This document shows positions 1-10,494 of a DNA stretch of 64,000 nt, one piece after another (positions within the stretch are counted from its first letter, which is position 1; the number at the start of each line of letters is the position of its first letter). The DNA comes from Gemmatimonas sp. (GTDB lineage Bacteria; Gemmatimonadota; Gemmatimonadetes; Gemmatimonadales; Gemmatimonadaceae). Both the position numbers and the translations under genes were made by a program. A model generated the notes under the pieces. It was not told the DNA's origin. It saw only the letters and a list, made by a program, of their open reading frames with translations, and made no database searches. The DNA lies in the NCBI GenBank assembly GCA_965279375.1, contig OZ257156.1:5120001-5184000 (forward strand), written 5' to 3'.

Positions 1-1351
1 AGAACCGGAACCCTTGCTCCGTCAGGTGCGCGTCGTCTTCCATCATCACGAACACTTTCTTGCCGCCCCACTCGGGCACGGCCGTCGCCGTATTCAGCTC
101 GACGGAGATGTAAGAACCCAACCGCAGCCGCGCGTTCTGCGTGAGCGTGTCGGAGCGCAATGCACTCCGAAAGTCGATGGATGCGCCGAGTCCGTGCCCC
201 TGCGCACCGATCGGATGCGAGTACACCATCGCTTCGATCCCCTGCTGCTTCATCTCGGCCATCGTCGCATTGAACACCGTGCCACCGGTGAGCCCCGGAC
301 GTGCGGCGCGCAGCATCAGCGCATCCTGCAGTGCGTTCGTGTTGCGCAGCGCGGCCTTGAGGCCGGCGGGTGCATCCTTCTCCCCCGGCTTGAGCACGTA
401 GGCCATCTTCTGCCAATCGGTATCGAAGCCCATGTAGCTGATGCCGAAATCGATGTGCACGAGATCGCCGGGCTGAATGACGATGCGCTCGGGCGCGACG
501 GCGAGAAAGCCGCGCGACGTGGCCACTTCGCCCACCGCGCGCTGCACGCGGAGATCTGGCTGGAACCAGGTGCGCACGCCCGCTTGCCCGAGCATGTCGT
601 AGAGCGCATTGCGCACGTCACCCACCGTGGTTTTGCCCGGCGTGATGAACTCGCGTGAGAGCGCGCGCTTGACGATCCCCTCGGTCACAGCGACGGCCGT
701 CGTGTAGTGCGCCATCTCGTCGGGGAGGCGGGTGTCGAGGTACTCCTCGATCAGATCGCTCGCGCTGGTGAACTTGGCCGTCGCGTCAGGGCCCATCGCT
801 TCGCTCAGGAAGCGGTGGGCGTCGTAGCCGAGCGATCGCGTTTGGCCGCGGCGGCCGCCGATGCCGAGTCCGATCGTCTTGGGCTGCCATTGGTCGTAGA
901 GCGCCTTGAGCGTAGGCGCGGGGGGGCGCGGCTCGTCGGTGGGCGCATCAAAGAAGCGCGCGACGTTTTCCTCGGTGTAGGCGGTGATCGCGTACTTCTT
1001 GAGCCCCTTGTCGCCCCCGTCGATGAAGACGAAGAAGTCCCGATTGCCCGTGTAGGGTCGGGGCGGCGCGATGTACTGCGAGAGGGGATCGTCGTGGAAT
1101 TCCTCGTTGACCACGATCCACATGCCGATCCCGTGGCGGCGCATCATCGGAAGGAGCGCGGCGTGGCGCTGGGTGAGCCAGCCTTCACGTACCGCGATCT
1201 GTTGCGACCAAGGGAGCAGCGCCGGGGCGCCAGCGGTACGGGTGGCGGGCGCGGCGGGGCGTCCCTGCTGGGCCCGCAGGTCGGCGCGGGCGGTGGCCAG
1301 GCTCGCGCAGGCGAGCGCGGGGGCGAGCAGTCGAAGAGGAGTCAGGCGCAT
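1..1351 (-). CDS. Secreted M24-family (Xaa-Pro aminopeptidase-like) metallopeptidase, 3' end outside window
   Basis: Not in the ORF track because it has no stop in the window. Manual translation from ATG 1351: MRLTPLRLLAPALACASLA (signal-like)...MMRRHGIGMWIVVNEEFHDDPL...YSHPIGxxxHGL-like region...ISVELNTATAVPEWGGKKVFVMMEDDAH, which resembles M24 C-terminal metal-ligand motifs. Confidence 0.8.
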   Translation of the reverse strand, partial: MRLTPLRLLAPALACASLATARADLRAQQGRPAAPATRTAGAPALLPWSQQIAVREGWLTQRHAALLPMMRRHGIGMWIVVNEEFHDDPLSQYIAPPRPYTGNRDFFVFIDGGDKGLKKYAITAYTEENVARFFDAPTDEPRPPAPTLKALYDQWQPKTIGLGIGGRRGQTRSLGYDAHRFLSEAMGPDATAKFTSASDLIEEYLDTRLPDEMAHYTTAVAVTEGIVKRALSREFITPGKTTVGDVRNALYDMLGQAGVRTWFQPDLRVQRAVGEVATSRGFLAVAPERIVIQPGDLVHIDFGISYMGFDTDWQKMAYVLKPGEKDAPAGLKAALRNTNALQDALMLRAARPGLTGGTVFNATMAEMKQQGIEAMVYSHPIGAQGHGLGASIDFRSALRSDTLTQNARLRLGSYISVELNTATAVPEWGGKKVFVMMEDDAHLTEQGFRF

Positions 1352-1478
1352 GGCGGAAATAGAAGAGGCGGCGACGGCAGTGCGCCAGCGTACCGCCGAA
1401 CCGGCGCGTATTCTAGGGTTGCCCTCCGACGCCTCCACGTCCGGGCGGTTCCGGCCCATCTCCACCCCCGAGCCCCGC

Positions 1479-4181
1479 ATGACCACTCCGCTCCATTCCC
1501 TGCGCTGGCCTGCGCTGCTGTCGGCGATCGCGCTGTCTGCGACGTCGCTTGCCGCACAGAACTCCACCGGCGGCGCCAGCCCCGCAACGTCAGGCAACTG
1601 GGATCCGCAGGCCGTTCTCAAGACGGAAGCGTGGGTGAAGCCCCCCGCCAACGTGACGAGCATCATCACGGCGCCACGCGTCGACATCTCCTTTCCGTCG
1701 CCCAACGCGTCGCGCTCGCTGTTCCTGCGCACGACGGGCGACGCGCGCGGCGACATCGCGCTCTACGGCAAGGAGCACGTCTACCTGGGCGGCCTGCAGG
1801 TGGATACCAAGGCGAATCGCGCGCGCTCGCTGACGACCAGCAATCGCAAGGGACTCGAAGTGGTGGATCCCAAGACCGGCACCGCTCGCGCGTTGAGCAC
1901 GCCGGCGGGCGCGAGCATCTCGTCGCCCGTGTGGTCGCCACTTGGAACGCAGGTGGCGTTCATCGCGAACTACGACGCCGTCAGCCAGATCTTCATCGCC
2001 GACGTCGCCTCAGGAAAGTCCACGCTGCTCTCCAAGGCTCCACTGCTCGCCACGTTGAGCACCGATCTGGTGTGGACGGCGGATGGCAAGTCGGTCATCG
2101 CCGTGCTGGTGCCGGACGGACGCGCGCCGGCGCCGGAGAACGAATGGGATGGCGCGACGGATGGTCCGCTCGTGCATCTCACCAATGCGCGCGCGCTGCC
2201 GCAGCCGGTACACGCCAGCCTGATGCACAGCGTGCATGAGCAGAAGCTGCTCAAGTACTACACGACCGGCCAGCTCGCGTTGATCGACGTGAAGACCAAG
2301 GCAATCAAGAAGATCGGTGCGCCGCGCATGATCCGCGACGTGGACGCGTCGAGCGACGGCGCCTACATGCGCGTGACGATCATGACCGAGCCGTTCTCCT
2401 ACATCGTGCCGGTGTCGAGCTTCGGCACCGTGCAGGAGCTGTGGGATGCGTCGGGCAAGATGATCACCACGCTCGCCACCACGCCGCTGCGCGAAGGACC
2501 GGCGGCGGACGGCGATCCGACGGGTGGCCGTGGCGGCGGTGGCGCTGCACCGACGGATACCGGCAAGCGCAACATCCAGTGGAACCCGGTAGGCCCGGGA
2601 CTCGTGTACCTGCAGTCGGTCTTCGCCGCCGCACCGGCGGGTGGTAACGGTGCCGCCGGCCGTGGCGCAGGTCGTGGTGGTGCGCCGGCCGCTGGTCGCG
2701 CCGGTGCAGGCGCGCGTCCGCAGCCGACGAGCGTCAAGTACGTGCAGTGGCTCCCGCCGTTTGGCGCCAACGACACCAAGGTCATTTACGAAGGCGGTCC
2801 GCAGCTCTCGTCGGTGGCGTACAGCGCTGACGGCAAGACGATGTTCCTGAGCGACAGCGGCTCGACCTATGCCGTGCGCACGGCCGACATGACCAAGCGC
2901 TACAACCTCGGCCGCGGCGTGACCGTGGGCGGTGGACGCGGGTTTGGTCCGGCCGGCGGCGGCGGTCGCGGTGGCCCCGACACGACGAACGTGGGTGGCA
3001 CGCTCGCCACGAAGACGGGCCCGAACGGACAGACGTTCGTGGTCGTCACCAGCGACAACAAGTCGGTGATTCTGCAGGGCACGAAGGTGCCGGGCATCAA
3101 GTGGAACTCCGAAGCGCCGCGTCCGTGGGCGGACAAGCTCGACATCGAAACGGCGGCGCGCACGCGCATCTTCGAGAGCCCGGTCGACGGCTTCGATGAA
3201 ATCGTCGCACCGCTCAACGACGACTTCACGCAAATCCTCTATCGCCACGAGTCGCCGACGGTGATTCCTGATGTGTGGATGCGCGACGTGGCATCGAACA
3301 CGAACAAGAAGCTGACGAACAACAAGGACGTCAGCCCCGATGTCTCCAACGCCATTCGCAAGCGCCTGCAGGTGAAGCGCCCGCGCGAAGGGAACACGAT
3401 GTGGGTGGACGTGACGCTGCCGCGCGACTGGACGCCGGGCGTGAAGCTGCCCGGCATCATCTGGTTCTACCCGTACGAGTACACGTCGCAGGCGGAGTAC
3501 GAGCGCTCGCGCTTCAGCACCAACATCAATCGCTTCCCCGAGGTCCCCGCCACGCGTCCTGCCTCCAGCACCAAGCTGTGGGTGACGCAGGGCTACGCCG
3601 TCATCGAGCCGGACATTCCGATCTGGGGTGACTCGGGCCGGATGAACGACAACTACACGCGCGACCTCAAGGAAAACCTCGACGCGGTCATGGACGCGGT
3701 GGTGGAAGCGGGCTTTGTGGATCGCAACAAGATGGGCATCGGTGGCCACAGCTACGGCGCCTTCAGCACGGTCAACGCGCTGACCCTGACGCCGTACTTC
3801 AAGGCCGGCATCGCGGGCGACGGCATGTACAACCGCAGCCTCACGCCGTTCGGCTTCCAGAGCGAGCGACGGAATTTCTACGAGGCCCAGAGTACATACC
3901 TCGACATGTCGCCGTACTTCCGCGCCAACAAGATCGCCGGCGCCCTGCTCATGTATCACGGCACGGAAGACCAGAACACGGGCACCGCGCTGATCAGCTC
4001 GCAGCGCATGCTTCTGGCGCTGCAGGGACTGGGCAAGCAGGCGGCACTCTACCAGTATCCATACGAAGACCACAGCGTCGCGACGTACGCCAGCGACCTC
4101 GATCTGTGGGCGCGTTGGCTCGCGTGGTTCGACGTGTACGTCAAGAACCCCAAGGGCGACACGAAGGCCTTTACGCCGTAA
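1479..4181 (+). CDS. Secreted S9-family serine peptidase (prolyl oligopeptidase fold, glutamyl endopeptidase-like)
   Basis: Signal peptide MTTPLHSLRWPALLSAIALSATSLAA, beta-propeller region, nucleophile motif GGHSYG, then YNRSLTPFGFQSE, HGTEDQN and EDH. Start reset from 1071 to ATG 1479. Confidence 0.9.
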   Translation: MTTPLHSLRWPALLSAIALSATSLAAQNSTGGASPATSGNWDPQAVLKTEAWVKPPANVTSIITAPRVDISFPSPNASRSLFLRTTGDARGDIALYGKEHVYLGGLQVDTKANRARSLTTSNRKGLEVVDPKTGTARALSTPAGASISSPVWSPLGTQVAFIANYDAVSQIFIADVASGKSTLLSKAPLLATLSTDLVWTADGKSVIAVLVPDGRAPAPENEWDGATDGPLVHLTNARALPQPVHASLMHSVHEQKLLKYYTTGQLALIDVKTKAIKKIGAPRMIRDVDASSDGAYMRVTIMTEPFSYIVPVSSFGTVQELWDASGKMITTLATTPLREGPAADGDPTGGRGGGGAAPTDTGKRNIQWNPVGPGLVYLQSVFAAAPAGGNGAAGRGAGRGGAPAAGRAGAGARPQPTSVKYVQWLPPFGANDTKVIYEGGPQLSSVAYSADGKTMFLSDSGSTYAVRTADMTKRYNLGRGVTVGGGRGFGPAGGGGRGGPDTTNVGGTLATKTGPNGQTFVVVTSDNKSVILQGTKVPGIKWNSEAPRPWADKLDIETAARTRIFESPVDGFDEIVAPLNDDFTQILYRHESPTVIPDVWMRDVASNTNKKLTNNKDVSPDVSNAIRKRLQVKRPREGNTMWVDVTLPRDWTPGVKLPGIIWFYPYEYTSQAEYERSRFSTNINRFPEVPATRPASSTKLWVTQGYAVIEPDIPIWGDSGRMNDNYTRDLKENLDAVMDAVVEAGFVDRNKMGIGGHSYGAFSTVNALTLTPYFKAGIAGDGMYNRSLTPFGFQSERRNFYEAQSTYLDMSPYFRANKIAGALLMYHGTEDQNTGTALISSQRMLLALQGLGKQAALYQYPYEDHSVATYASDLDLWARWLAWFDVYVKNPKGDTKAFTP

Positions 4182-4193
4182 TCCGAGACGCCC

Positions 4194-5789
4194 TTGCATC
4201 ACCCGTTGCTGCTGGACACCACGCTGCTGACGTTCGACAATCGATTCACGACGCAGCTCCCGGGCGACCCTGACGGTCGCCCGGTTCCACGGCAGGTTGT
4301 CGGCGCGTGCTGGTCTCCAGCCGCGCCGACCGCCGTTTCAGCCCCTCGCCTGCTCGCCTATTCGCACGAGATGGCGAGTACGCTGGGCTTCACGCCCGAG
4401 TACGTGGCGTCGGACGAGTTCGCGCAGGTTTTTGGAGGCAATGCACTACTGCCGGGGATGGAGCCGTTCGCGATGTGCTACGGCGGCCATCAGTTCGGCA
4501 ATTGGGCCGGCCAATTGGGCGACGGCCGCGCCATCTCGCTCGGCGAGAGCATCAACGCCGCCGGCGAACGCTGGGAGCTGCAGCTCAAGGGCGCTGGACG
4601 TACACCCTACTCGCGCAGTGCCGACGGTCGTGCCGTCCTGCGCTCGAGCATCCGCGAGTTTCTCTGCAGCGAAGCGATGCATCATCTGGGTGTCCCCACC
4701 ACGCGCGCGCTTTCGCTCGTCGGCACCGGAGATCAGGTGCTGCGCGACATGTTCTACAACGGCTATCCCGAGTATGAACCGGGCGCGATCGTCTGCCGTG
4801 TCGCGCCGTCGTTCATTCGATTCGGCAACTTCGAGATCTTCGCCGCGCGCGGCGACATCGCGCTGCTCACGCAGCTCGCCGACTTCACCATCGCGCGCGA
4901 CTTCCCGCACATCGACATCACCGCACCCGACCGCATCGCCACCTGGTTTCGCGAGGTGTGCACGCGCACGGCAACGATGATCGTCGGCTGGATGCGCGTC
5001 GGCTTCACGCACGGCGTGATGAACACCGACAACATGTCGATCCTCGGCCTCACGATCGACTACGGGCCTTTCGGGTGGGTGGACAACTTCGATCCCGACT
5101 GGACGCCCAATACGACGGACAGTCGCGATCATCGTTACGCCTTTGCCAAGCAGCCTGCGGTCGCGCTGTGGAATCTGATGCGCTTGGGCGAGGCGCTCGC
5201 TCCCATCGCGCCCGAGGCCGAGGGACTGAGTGAAGGCATTGCCGCCGGTATCGATGCGTATCGCGAGGCATTCAATCGCGAGTATACGGCGATGATGGCT
5301 GCGAAGCTTGGACTGCCCTCGTGGGGTGCCGACGAACTCGAACTGGCCACCGATCTGTTCAACCTGATGGAGCAGAGCGAAGTGGACTACACCCTCAGCT
5401 TTCACGCGTTGGCGCAGCTCGACCTCGCCGCGCCTCGCATCGATTCACTTCGCGAGATGTCGTACGACACGGAGAAGTTCGACGCGCACTCGCCGCAGTG
5501 GGAGCGCTGGATCGAGCACTATGCGGCGCGTGTGCTGGCGGTTGGTGAAGCGGCACCGATTCGACTGGAGCGCATGCGCCTGACCAATCCGACGTACGTC
5601 CTGCGCAACTACATGGCGCAGCAGGCCATCGATGCCGCCACGGCCGGCGATCTCACGGAAGTGAACACGCTGCTGGAGCTGCTGCGTCGCCCATACGACG
5701 AACAACCGGGCATGGAGCGCTATCGGACGAAGCGTCCGGACTGGGCGCGTGACAAGGCTGGCTGTTCGCGATTGAGCTGCAGTTCGTAG
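4194..5789 (+). CDS. selO: Protein adenylyltransferase SelO/YdiU
   Basis: [53 protein letters not shown] and C-terminal LSCSS. Start codon uncertain. Confidence 0.95.
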   Translation: MHHPLLLDTTLLTFDNRFTTQLPGDPDGRPVPRQVVGACWSPAAPTAVSAPRLLAYSHEMASTLGFTPEYVASDEFAQVFGGNALLPGMEPFAMCYGGHQFGNWAGQLGDGRAISLGESINAAGERWELQLKGAGRTPYSRSADGRAVLRSSIREFLCSEAMHHLGVPTTRALSLVGTGDQVLRDMFYNGYPEYEPGAIVCRVAPSFIRFGNFEIFAARGDIALLTQLADFTIARDFPHIDITAPDRIATWFREVCTRTATMIVGWMRVGFTHGVMNTDNMSILGLTIDYGPFGWVDNFDPDWTPNTTDSRDHRYAFAKQPAVALWNLMRLGEALAPIAPEAEGLSEGIAAGIDAYREAFNREYTAMMAAKLGLPSWGADELELATDLFNLMEQSEVDYTLSFHALAQLDLAAPRIDSLREMSYDTEKFDAHSPQWERWIEHYAARVLAVGEAAPIRLERMRLTNPTYVLRNYMAQQAIDAATAGDLTEVNTLLELLRRPYDEQPGMERYRTKRPDWARDKAGCSRLSCSS

Positions 5790-5839
5790 CCAATCGCAGC
5801 ACACGCGCACAAACCGCGACAGTTTCGCGTTCTGTGTGC

Positions 5840-7072
5840 ATGACTTCTCCATCGCTCTCATATCGTCTCGCGTCGCGCCGGATCACGTACGCCCGCGCGC
5901 GACTGTTGCTTGGCATCTCCGGGGTCGGCACCTCCGTGCTCCTGGCCACGACGGTACTGGCCTTCGACCTTCCCGCTCGGCTCCTCTCGATCGACGCGCG
6001 TCAGCCTATCGGCGCGGCCGCTGCATCACTTATCGCCGCGCTCGCGTTTGGTGTACTTGCGTTCGTGCCCTTCGACCTGATCGGCGGCGCGTGGCTGGTC
6101 CGAGAAAAGTCGGCTCCCTCGGTGTTCTTCCGACGCTGGCTTCGCGGCGTCGCGGCGCAACTGTTGGTGTGGTGCGCCAGCATCGTCGTGCTGCTGGCGG
6201 GCACGCGTACGTGGGGAGCAGGCGGTGCGCTCCTCGCGTTCGTCTTGATGCAACTCGTGCTGGCCGGTACGCGCGGCTGGTTCGCGCAGCGCGTGGCCGC
6301 GATGCCCGTGCGCGCGACTCCCGCTATCGTGTCCCGCGCGGCCGAACGCGCGGGCCTCGATGCCTCACAGCTTCGCGTGTTGGACGTACCAGACGAAGGC
6401 TTCGTGGGCGGCTGGTCGGGCGTACGCGGAGGCACGCTGCTGATCCCGCTGCGCTGGTCGCTGTTGCCCGATCGAGCGCTCGAGGCGACACTCGCACGTC
6501 GGCGCATCATCCGCGACAGCGGCGCGCACCAGCGCGGCGTTCTCGCCGCGATCCTCTGGAACACGCTCGGCTTCGCGCTGGTGGTTGGGCTGTTGCCGTA
6601 CGTGACTGTTGCACCGCTCGCGTCTGCGGCTGGACTGTGCACCGCTGCGGCCGGCATGACGCTCTGGGCGTTTCTCGGGGTGCTCGTGCTTCCCACGCCA
6701 TCGCGTGCCGCTGTCTTCGCGATCGATGCGGCCAGCGTCGAGGCCGTTGAGCCTGCGACGACTCGCGCGCCCATAACGACGGCCGCTGCGCGCGATGCCA
6801 TCGAGCAGCTCGATCGGTGGCAGGACGACGAACCCGCGCGCTCGCGTCGAGTGGAGACGATTTTTCACCCCGTGCCAGCGCGGAGCGAACGTGTGCGCCG
6901 ACTCGCCGCGCCCCAGACAAGCGCACCAGCGATTCAGCGCTGGTACGCCAGCATCCATCACGTCGCACGACATGCACTCTGGCTCAACTGGGCGTCGTTG
7001 ACGCCGCTGTCACGTGCCGTGCACTGCAATGTGGGGCGACCGTCGCTGTGGGTCATGCTGCCGGGCGACTGA
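5840..7072 (+). CDS. Multi-pass membrane protein resembling Ste24/M48 peptidases but lacking HExxH
   Basis: About 7 hydrophobic segments. PFD, SRAAVFAID and IFHPVPxxxxRVRRL fall where M48 motifs would be. C-terminal HCNVGRP. Confidence 0.6.
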   Translation: MTSPSLSYRLASRRITYARARLLLGISGVGTSVLLATTVLAFDLPARLLSIDARQPIGAAAASLIAALAFGVLAFVPFDLIGGAWLVREKSAPSVFFRRWLRGVAAQLLVWCASIVVLLAGTRTWGAGGALLAFVLMQLVLAGTRGWFAQRVAAMPVRATPAIVSRAAERAGLDASQLRVLDVPDEGFVGGWSGVRGGTLLIPLRWSLLPDRALEATLARRRIIRDSGAHQRGVLAAILWNTLGFALVVGLLPYVTVAPLASAAGLCTAAAGMTLWAFLGVLVLPTPSRAAVFAIDAASVEAVEPATTRAPITTAAARDAIEQLDRWQDDEPARSRRVETIFHPVPARSERVRRLAAPQTSAPAIQRWYASIHHVARHALWLNWASLTPLSRAVHCNVGRPSLWVMLPGD

Positions 7073-7082
7073 GCGCGTACGA

Positions 7083-10000
7083 CTATCGCAGTAGCTGCTC
7101 CAACTCTTCGCGTCCAAGTCCCGCGATGGGACCTGAGTCGCCACCAAGGATTGCATCGGCTAACGCGCGCTTGCCGGCCTGCAGTTCGAGAATGCGCTCC
7201 TCGACGGTGTCCTTGGCGACGAGTCGCGTCGCGATGACATGACGGCTCTGCCCGATGCGATGCGCGCGGTCGATCGCCTGCGCTTCCGTCGCGGGATTCC
7301 ACCACGGATCGAGCAGGAACACGTACTCGGCGGCGGTCAGGTTGAGACCGGTGCCACCAGCCTTGAGGCTGATCAGGAACACGGGGCACTCGGCGTCGTT
7401 CTGGAAGCGATCGACCTTGGCCTCGCGATCGCGCGTCTTGCCGTCGAGATACTCGTAGACGATGCCGACGGCATCCAGACGGCGTTTGACGATCGCGAGC
7501 AACGACGTGAACTGCGAGAAGACGAGCGCTTTATGGCCCCCTTCGATGACTTCCTGCAGTTCGTCAACCAACGCGTCGAGCTTGGCGCTGTTCGCCTCGA
7601 TCTGCGACACGTCTGCCAAGCCACGATGACTGGCCGCTTGCCGCAGTCGCAGCAGCGCCTCCAGCACCTGCATCTTGGCCTTGCCCAAGCCGACCTTGTC
7701 GATGGTGGCGTTCAGATCGCTGCGCACACGCGCGAGCAACGCATCGTAACTCGCGCGCTCCTCGCCCTCGAGCTCCACGTACAACGTGCGCTCGGTACGT
7801 GCCGGCAAGTCGGTGGCCACCTGCGCCTTCGTGCGCCGCATCATGAACGGACGCAACGCCTGTGCGACGGCAGCGACGGCCTTGGCATCAGGCGCGAGCG
7901 GACCGCGCACGGCTGTTGACATGGCCGTCGGGGCGGAGAGCAATCGGCGGAACGCAGGTGCCGCACCCAACAGGCCTGGATTGAGGAACTCGAACAGGCT
8001 CCACAACTCGCCCAAATGATTCTCGACGGGCGTGCCGCTCAACGCGAGACGATGCGTACCGCGCAGCGCACGCACGGCGCGCGTGACATCGGCTGACGCG
8101 TTCTTGATCGCCTGGGCTTCGTCGAGGATGATGTAGTCGAAGAAGACCGTGGCGAGCTTGGTGACATCGCGACGCAACGTGCCATACGTCGTGATGACGA
8201 GATCGAAGTCGTCGAACTTTGGTGCCAGCTTTTCGCGCGACGCACCAAAGTGAATGCCCACGCGCAGCCCCGGCGTGAAGCGTTCGGCTTCACGCTGCCA
8301 GTTGAACACGAGTGAGTTGGGGACCACCAGCAGCGACGCGCCGTTACCCGTCTGTCGCTGTCCATCTAGCAACGCCAGCACCTGCACCGTCTTGCCCAAG
8401 CCCATGTCGTCGGCCAGCACACCGCCGAGGCCACAGCGCTGCAGCAGCTGCATCCAGCCGAGTCCGAGCTTTTGGTACGGACGCAGCGTACCGACGAACG
8501 ACTCCGGCGGCTCCACCGATTCCACTTCGGTGAAGCTTCGCAGCTCGTGACGAATGCGCTCGACCATCACCTCCACATCCACGGTCTGCGCCGAAGCCAG
8601 CAGCGCGTCAACCAATGCCGCCTGCGTGGAGCGGAAGCGATAGTTCTTCCCCTGCCGCTCGCCCAGCGCAATCACAGGCTCCATCTCGTCGATCCACTCG
8701 AACGGCACGCCGAGCAGCGAGCCGTCTTCCATGGTCAACATCCGAATGCCTTCAGCGCGCGCCGCGCGCAGGGCGGAGAGTGGCACCACCTGTCCGTCGG
8801 AGAACTCCACGCCGGCATCGAGATCGAACCAGTCGATGCCGGAGCTCATGCGCACGAACGTCTGCACATCGGCGCGCACGGTCGCACCGTCGAGCGTCAC
8901 CTGCCAGCCGGCCTGATTCATCGCCAGCGCCAGCATCATCGCGCGCGTGACGGGGATCTCGTGCGACGGCATGTTGGGCGCGTTCCAGCGCGTGCGCTGG
9001 GCCCCCTGCTCCTCCAGCAACGCCAACGCCTGCGACTCGGCCTCACGGTCACGGTGCGTTAGGGTGCGCGTGTCGTGCTCGAAGAAGCGGTCGCGTCCCG
9101 CGCCGGCGGGCAGCATGCGCGTGCCATAGGCGAACTGCAGGTTCACCGACGCGGTGGCGTAGGCGCCGACGGCAGTAGGCGCCACCACGATCGAGAGCTG
9201 CGGAACCGGTTGTCCGATGCGCTCGGCGATCACGATGCCCGCCGGCCAGCGCACCCGCATGTTGGGCGGGAGCTGCATCAGCGAGTCGATCAGCGCCGGA
9301 ATCTCGTGCGGGGCGGCGATGATCGGCGGTGCGTGCTTGAGGTATTCGAGAAAGCGCGTGTCCGTGCCCGGAGCGAGCGGTTCGACGGTGCCGCCGCTCA
9401 GGGAGTACGCGCCGCGCACGACCACATCGGCCAGCGCGCGGACCGGGCGTCCACTGGCATCGAGTCCGGGCGCGGTTGCGACCTCGTCCTCGATCACCAG
9501 TTCGTCGCCGTTCTCCCCCTCGAAAGTCTGCTCCAAACCGCGCACGAGACGCCCGGTGAAGCGCCACTGTTCGATCTCCCCCTCGGCGGCTTCGCGCACG
9601 CAAGACAGATCGAGGGACCAGGCCTCGTCGTCTTTCCAGCGCAGCGGCTGGTAGGCCTCATCGGAGGTGTAGCGAATGCGCGCGCGATCAGTATCGCAAA
9701 TGCGCCGCAACGTGACCGGCAGCGACGCGTCCGCGAGGATGAACCGGGCGCTCGGGCGCGTGGAGGCCGACGACACCGGGATGAACTCGTTCGCCGGACG
9801 AGCGCCAAGGAGGAGCTGGGCAATCATGCGGTCCTGCTCGTCGGCTGCGGCTTCCCATCCTTCGCTCGAGACGGAAATGGACTTGGCCGCCCCCCACTCG
9901 CCATCGCGCTGGCGACGCTTCTCCAGCGCCACCACGACGGACACCATCTGCTTCTTGCCGGATTCCGTGTTGGGATCGACGAGATACACAATCCGCGTCT

Positions 10001-10454
10001 CGTCCGGAACGGAGCGGCGGCGTGGCGGCTGCACGACCGGCTGTGTGCGGTCTTCGGCGGCCCACTGCTCGAACACCGCCGGAAGCGCGTGGCGCCACCA
10101 GGCGGCCGGGCCGAGCGGAGAGGTGAGGGTGGTGGCGTCCTCCACAGGCATGATCGTGGGTGGGAGAATCCCCGCCCGTACGAAATGCCGCGCCAATGCC
10201 CAGATATGCTTGCAGCAGTCGCCGTCGCGGCCGATGGGGCAGGAGCAATAGAGCACCGCCCGTGGCCGGTCGTCTTCCCAGCGGATAGAGACGTTGTACC
10301 AGTAGTCCCCACGCACGCTGGCCGCGATGGCGTAGTTCGTGACCTGCGGTTGGCGAAGCTGCAGGCCATTGGCCAGGAGTTCACCACGCTCGCGGACGGA
10401 GTCGGGGACTTCGTGGAGCTTGATACGTAGAGCGTCGTATCCGGAAAGCGGCAT
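7083..10454 (-). CDS. SWIM zinc-finger SNF2-family helicase/ATPase
   Basis: CSC..CCKH SWIM finger, LADDMGLGKT, DEAQ, SGTPVEN, LLRLRQ, FSQF, SLKAGGTGLNL, DPWWNP, DRAHRIGQ. Start placed at ATG 10454. Confidence 0.95.
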   Translation of the reverse strand: MPLSGYDALRIKLHEVPDSVRERGELLANGLQLRQPQVTNYAIAASVRGDYWYNVSIRWEDDRPRAVLYCSCPIGRDGDCCKHIWALARHFVRAGILPPTIMPVEDATTLTSPLGPAAWWRHALPAVFEQWAAEDRTQPVVQPPRRRSVPDETRIVYLVDPNTESGKKQMVSVVVALEKRRQRDGEWGAAKSISVSSEGWEAAADEQDRMIAQLLLGARPANEFIPVSSASTRPSARFILADASLPVTLRRICDTDRARIRYTSDEAYQPLRWKDDEAWSLDLSCVREAAEGEIEQWRFTGRLVRGLEQTFEGENGDELVIEDEVATAPGLDASGRPVRALADVVVRGAYSLSGGTVEPLAPGTDTRFLEYLKHAPPIIAAPHEIPALIDSLMQLPPNMRVRWPAGIVIAERIGQPVPQLSIVVAPTAVGAYATASVNLQFAYGTRMLPAGAGRDRFFEHDTRTLTHRDREAESQALALLEEQGAQRTRWNAPNMPSHEIPVTRAMMLALAMNQAGWQVTLDGATVRADVQTFVRMSSGIDWFDLDAGVEFSDGQVVPLSALRAARAEGIRMLTMEDGSLLGVPFEWIDEMEPVIALGERQGKNYRFRSTQAALVDALLASAQTVDVEVMVERIRHELRSFTEVESVEPPESFVGTLRPYQKLGLGWMQLLQRCGLGGVLADDMGLGKTVQVLALLDGQRQTGNGASLLVVPNSLVFNWQREAERFTPGLRVGIHFGASREKLAPKFDDFDLVITTYGTLRRDVTKLATVFFDYIILDEAQAIKNASADVTRAVRALRGTHRLALSGTPVENHLGELWSLFEFLNPGLLGAAPAFRRLLSAPTAMSTAVRGPLAPDAKAVAAVAQALRPFMMRRTKAQVATDLPARTERTLYVELEGEERASYDALLARVRSDLNATIDKVGLGKAKMQVLEALLRLRQAASHRGLADVSQIEANSAKLDALVDELQEVIEGGHKALVFSQFTSLLAIVKRRLDAVGIVYEYLDGKTRDREAKVDRFQNDAECPVFLISLKAGGTGLNLTAAEYVFLLDPWWNPATEAQAIDRAHRIGQSRHVIATRLVAKDTVEERILELQAGKRALADAILGGDSGPIAGLGREELEQLLR

Positions 10455-10494
10455 CCCTGCAATCTCAGTAACGACGCGCCGTTCTACAATCCTG

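Noticed and set aside
14..4202. Long ORFs 14..658(+), 707..2239(+) and 2010..4202(-)
   Set aside because: Shadow or off-frame ORFs of the M24 and S9 genes, typical of high-GC DNA, with no recognisable motifs.
5760..5833. Selenocysteine in SelO or a SECIS element
   Set aside because: The C-terminus is Cys-encoded (TGC) and ends in TAG, with no in-frame TGA.
7083..10454. SNF2 helicase as part of an anti-phage defence system
   Set aside because: Standalone SWIM-SNF2 architecture with no methylase, nuclease or other defence neighbours.
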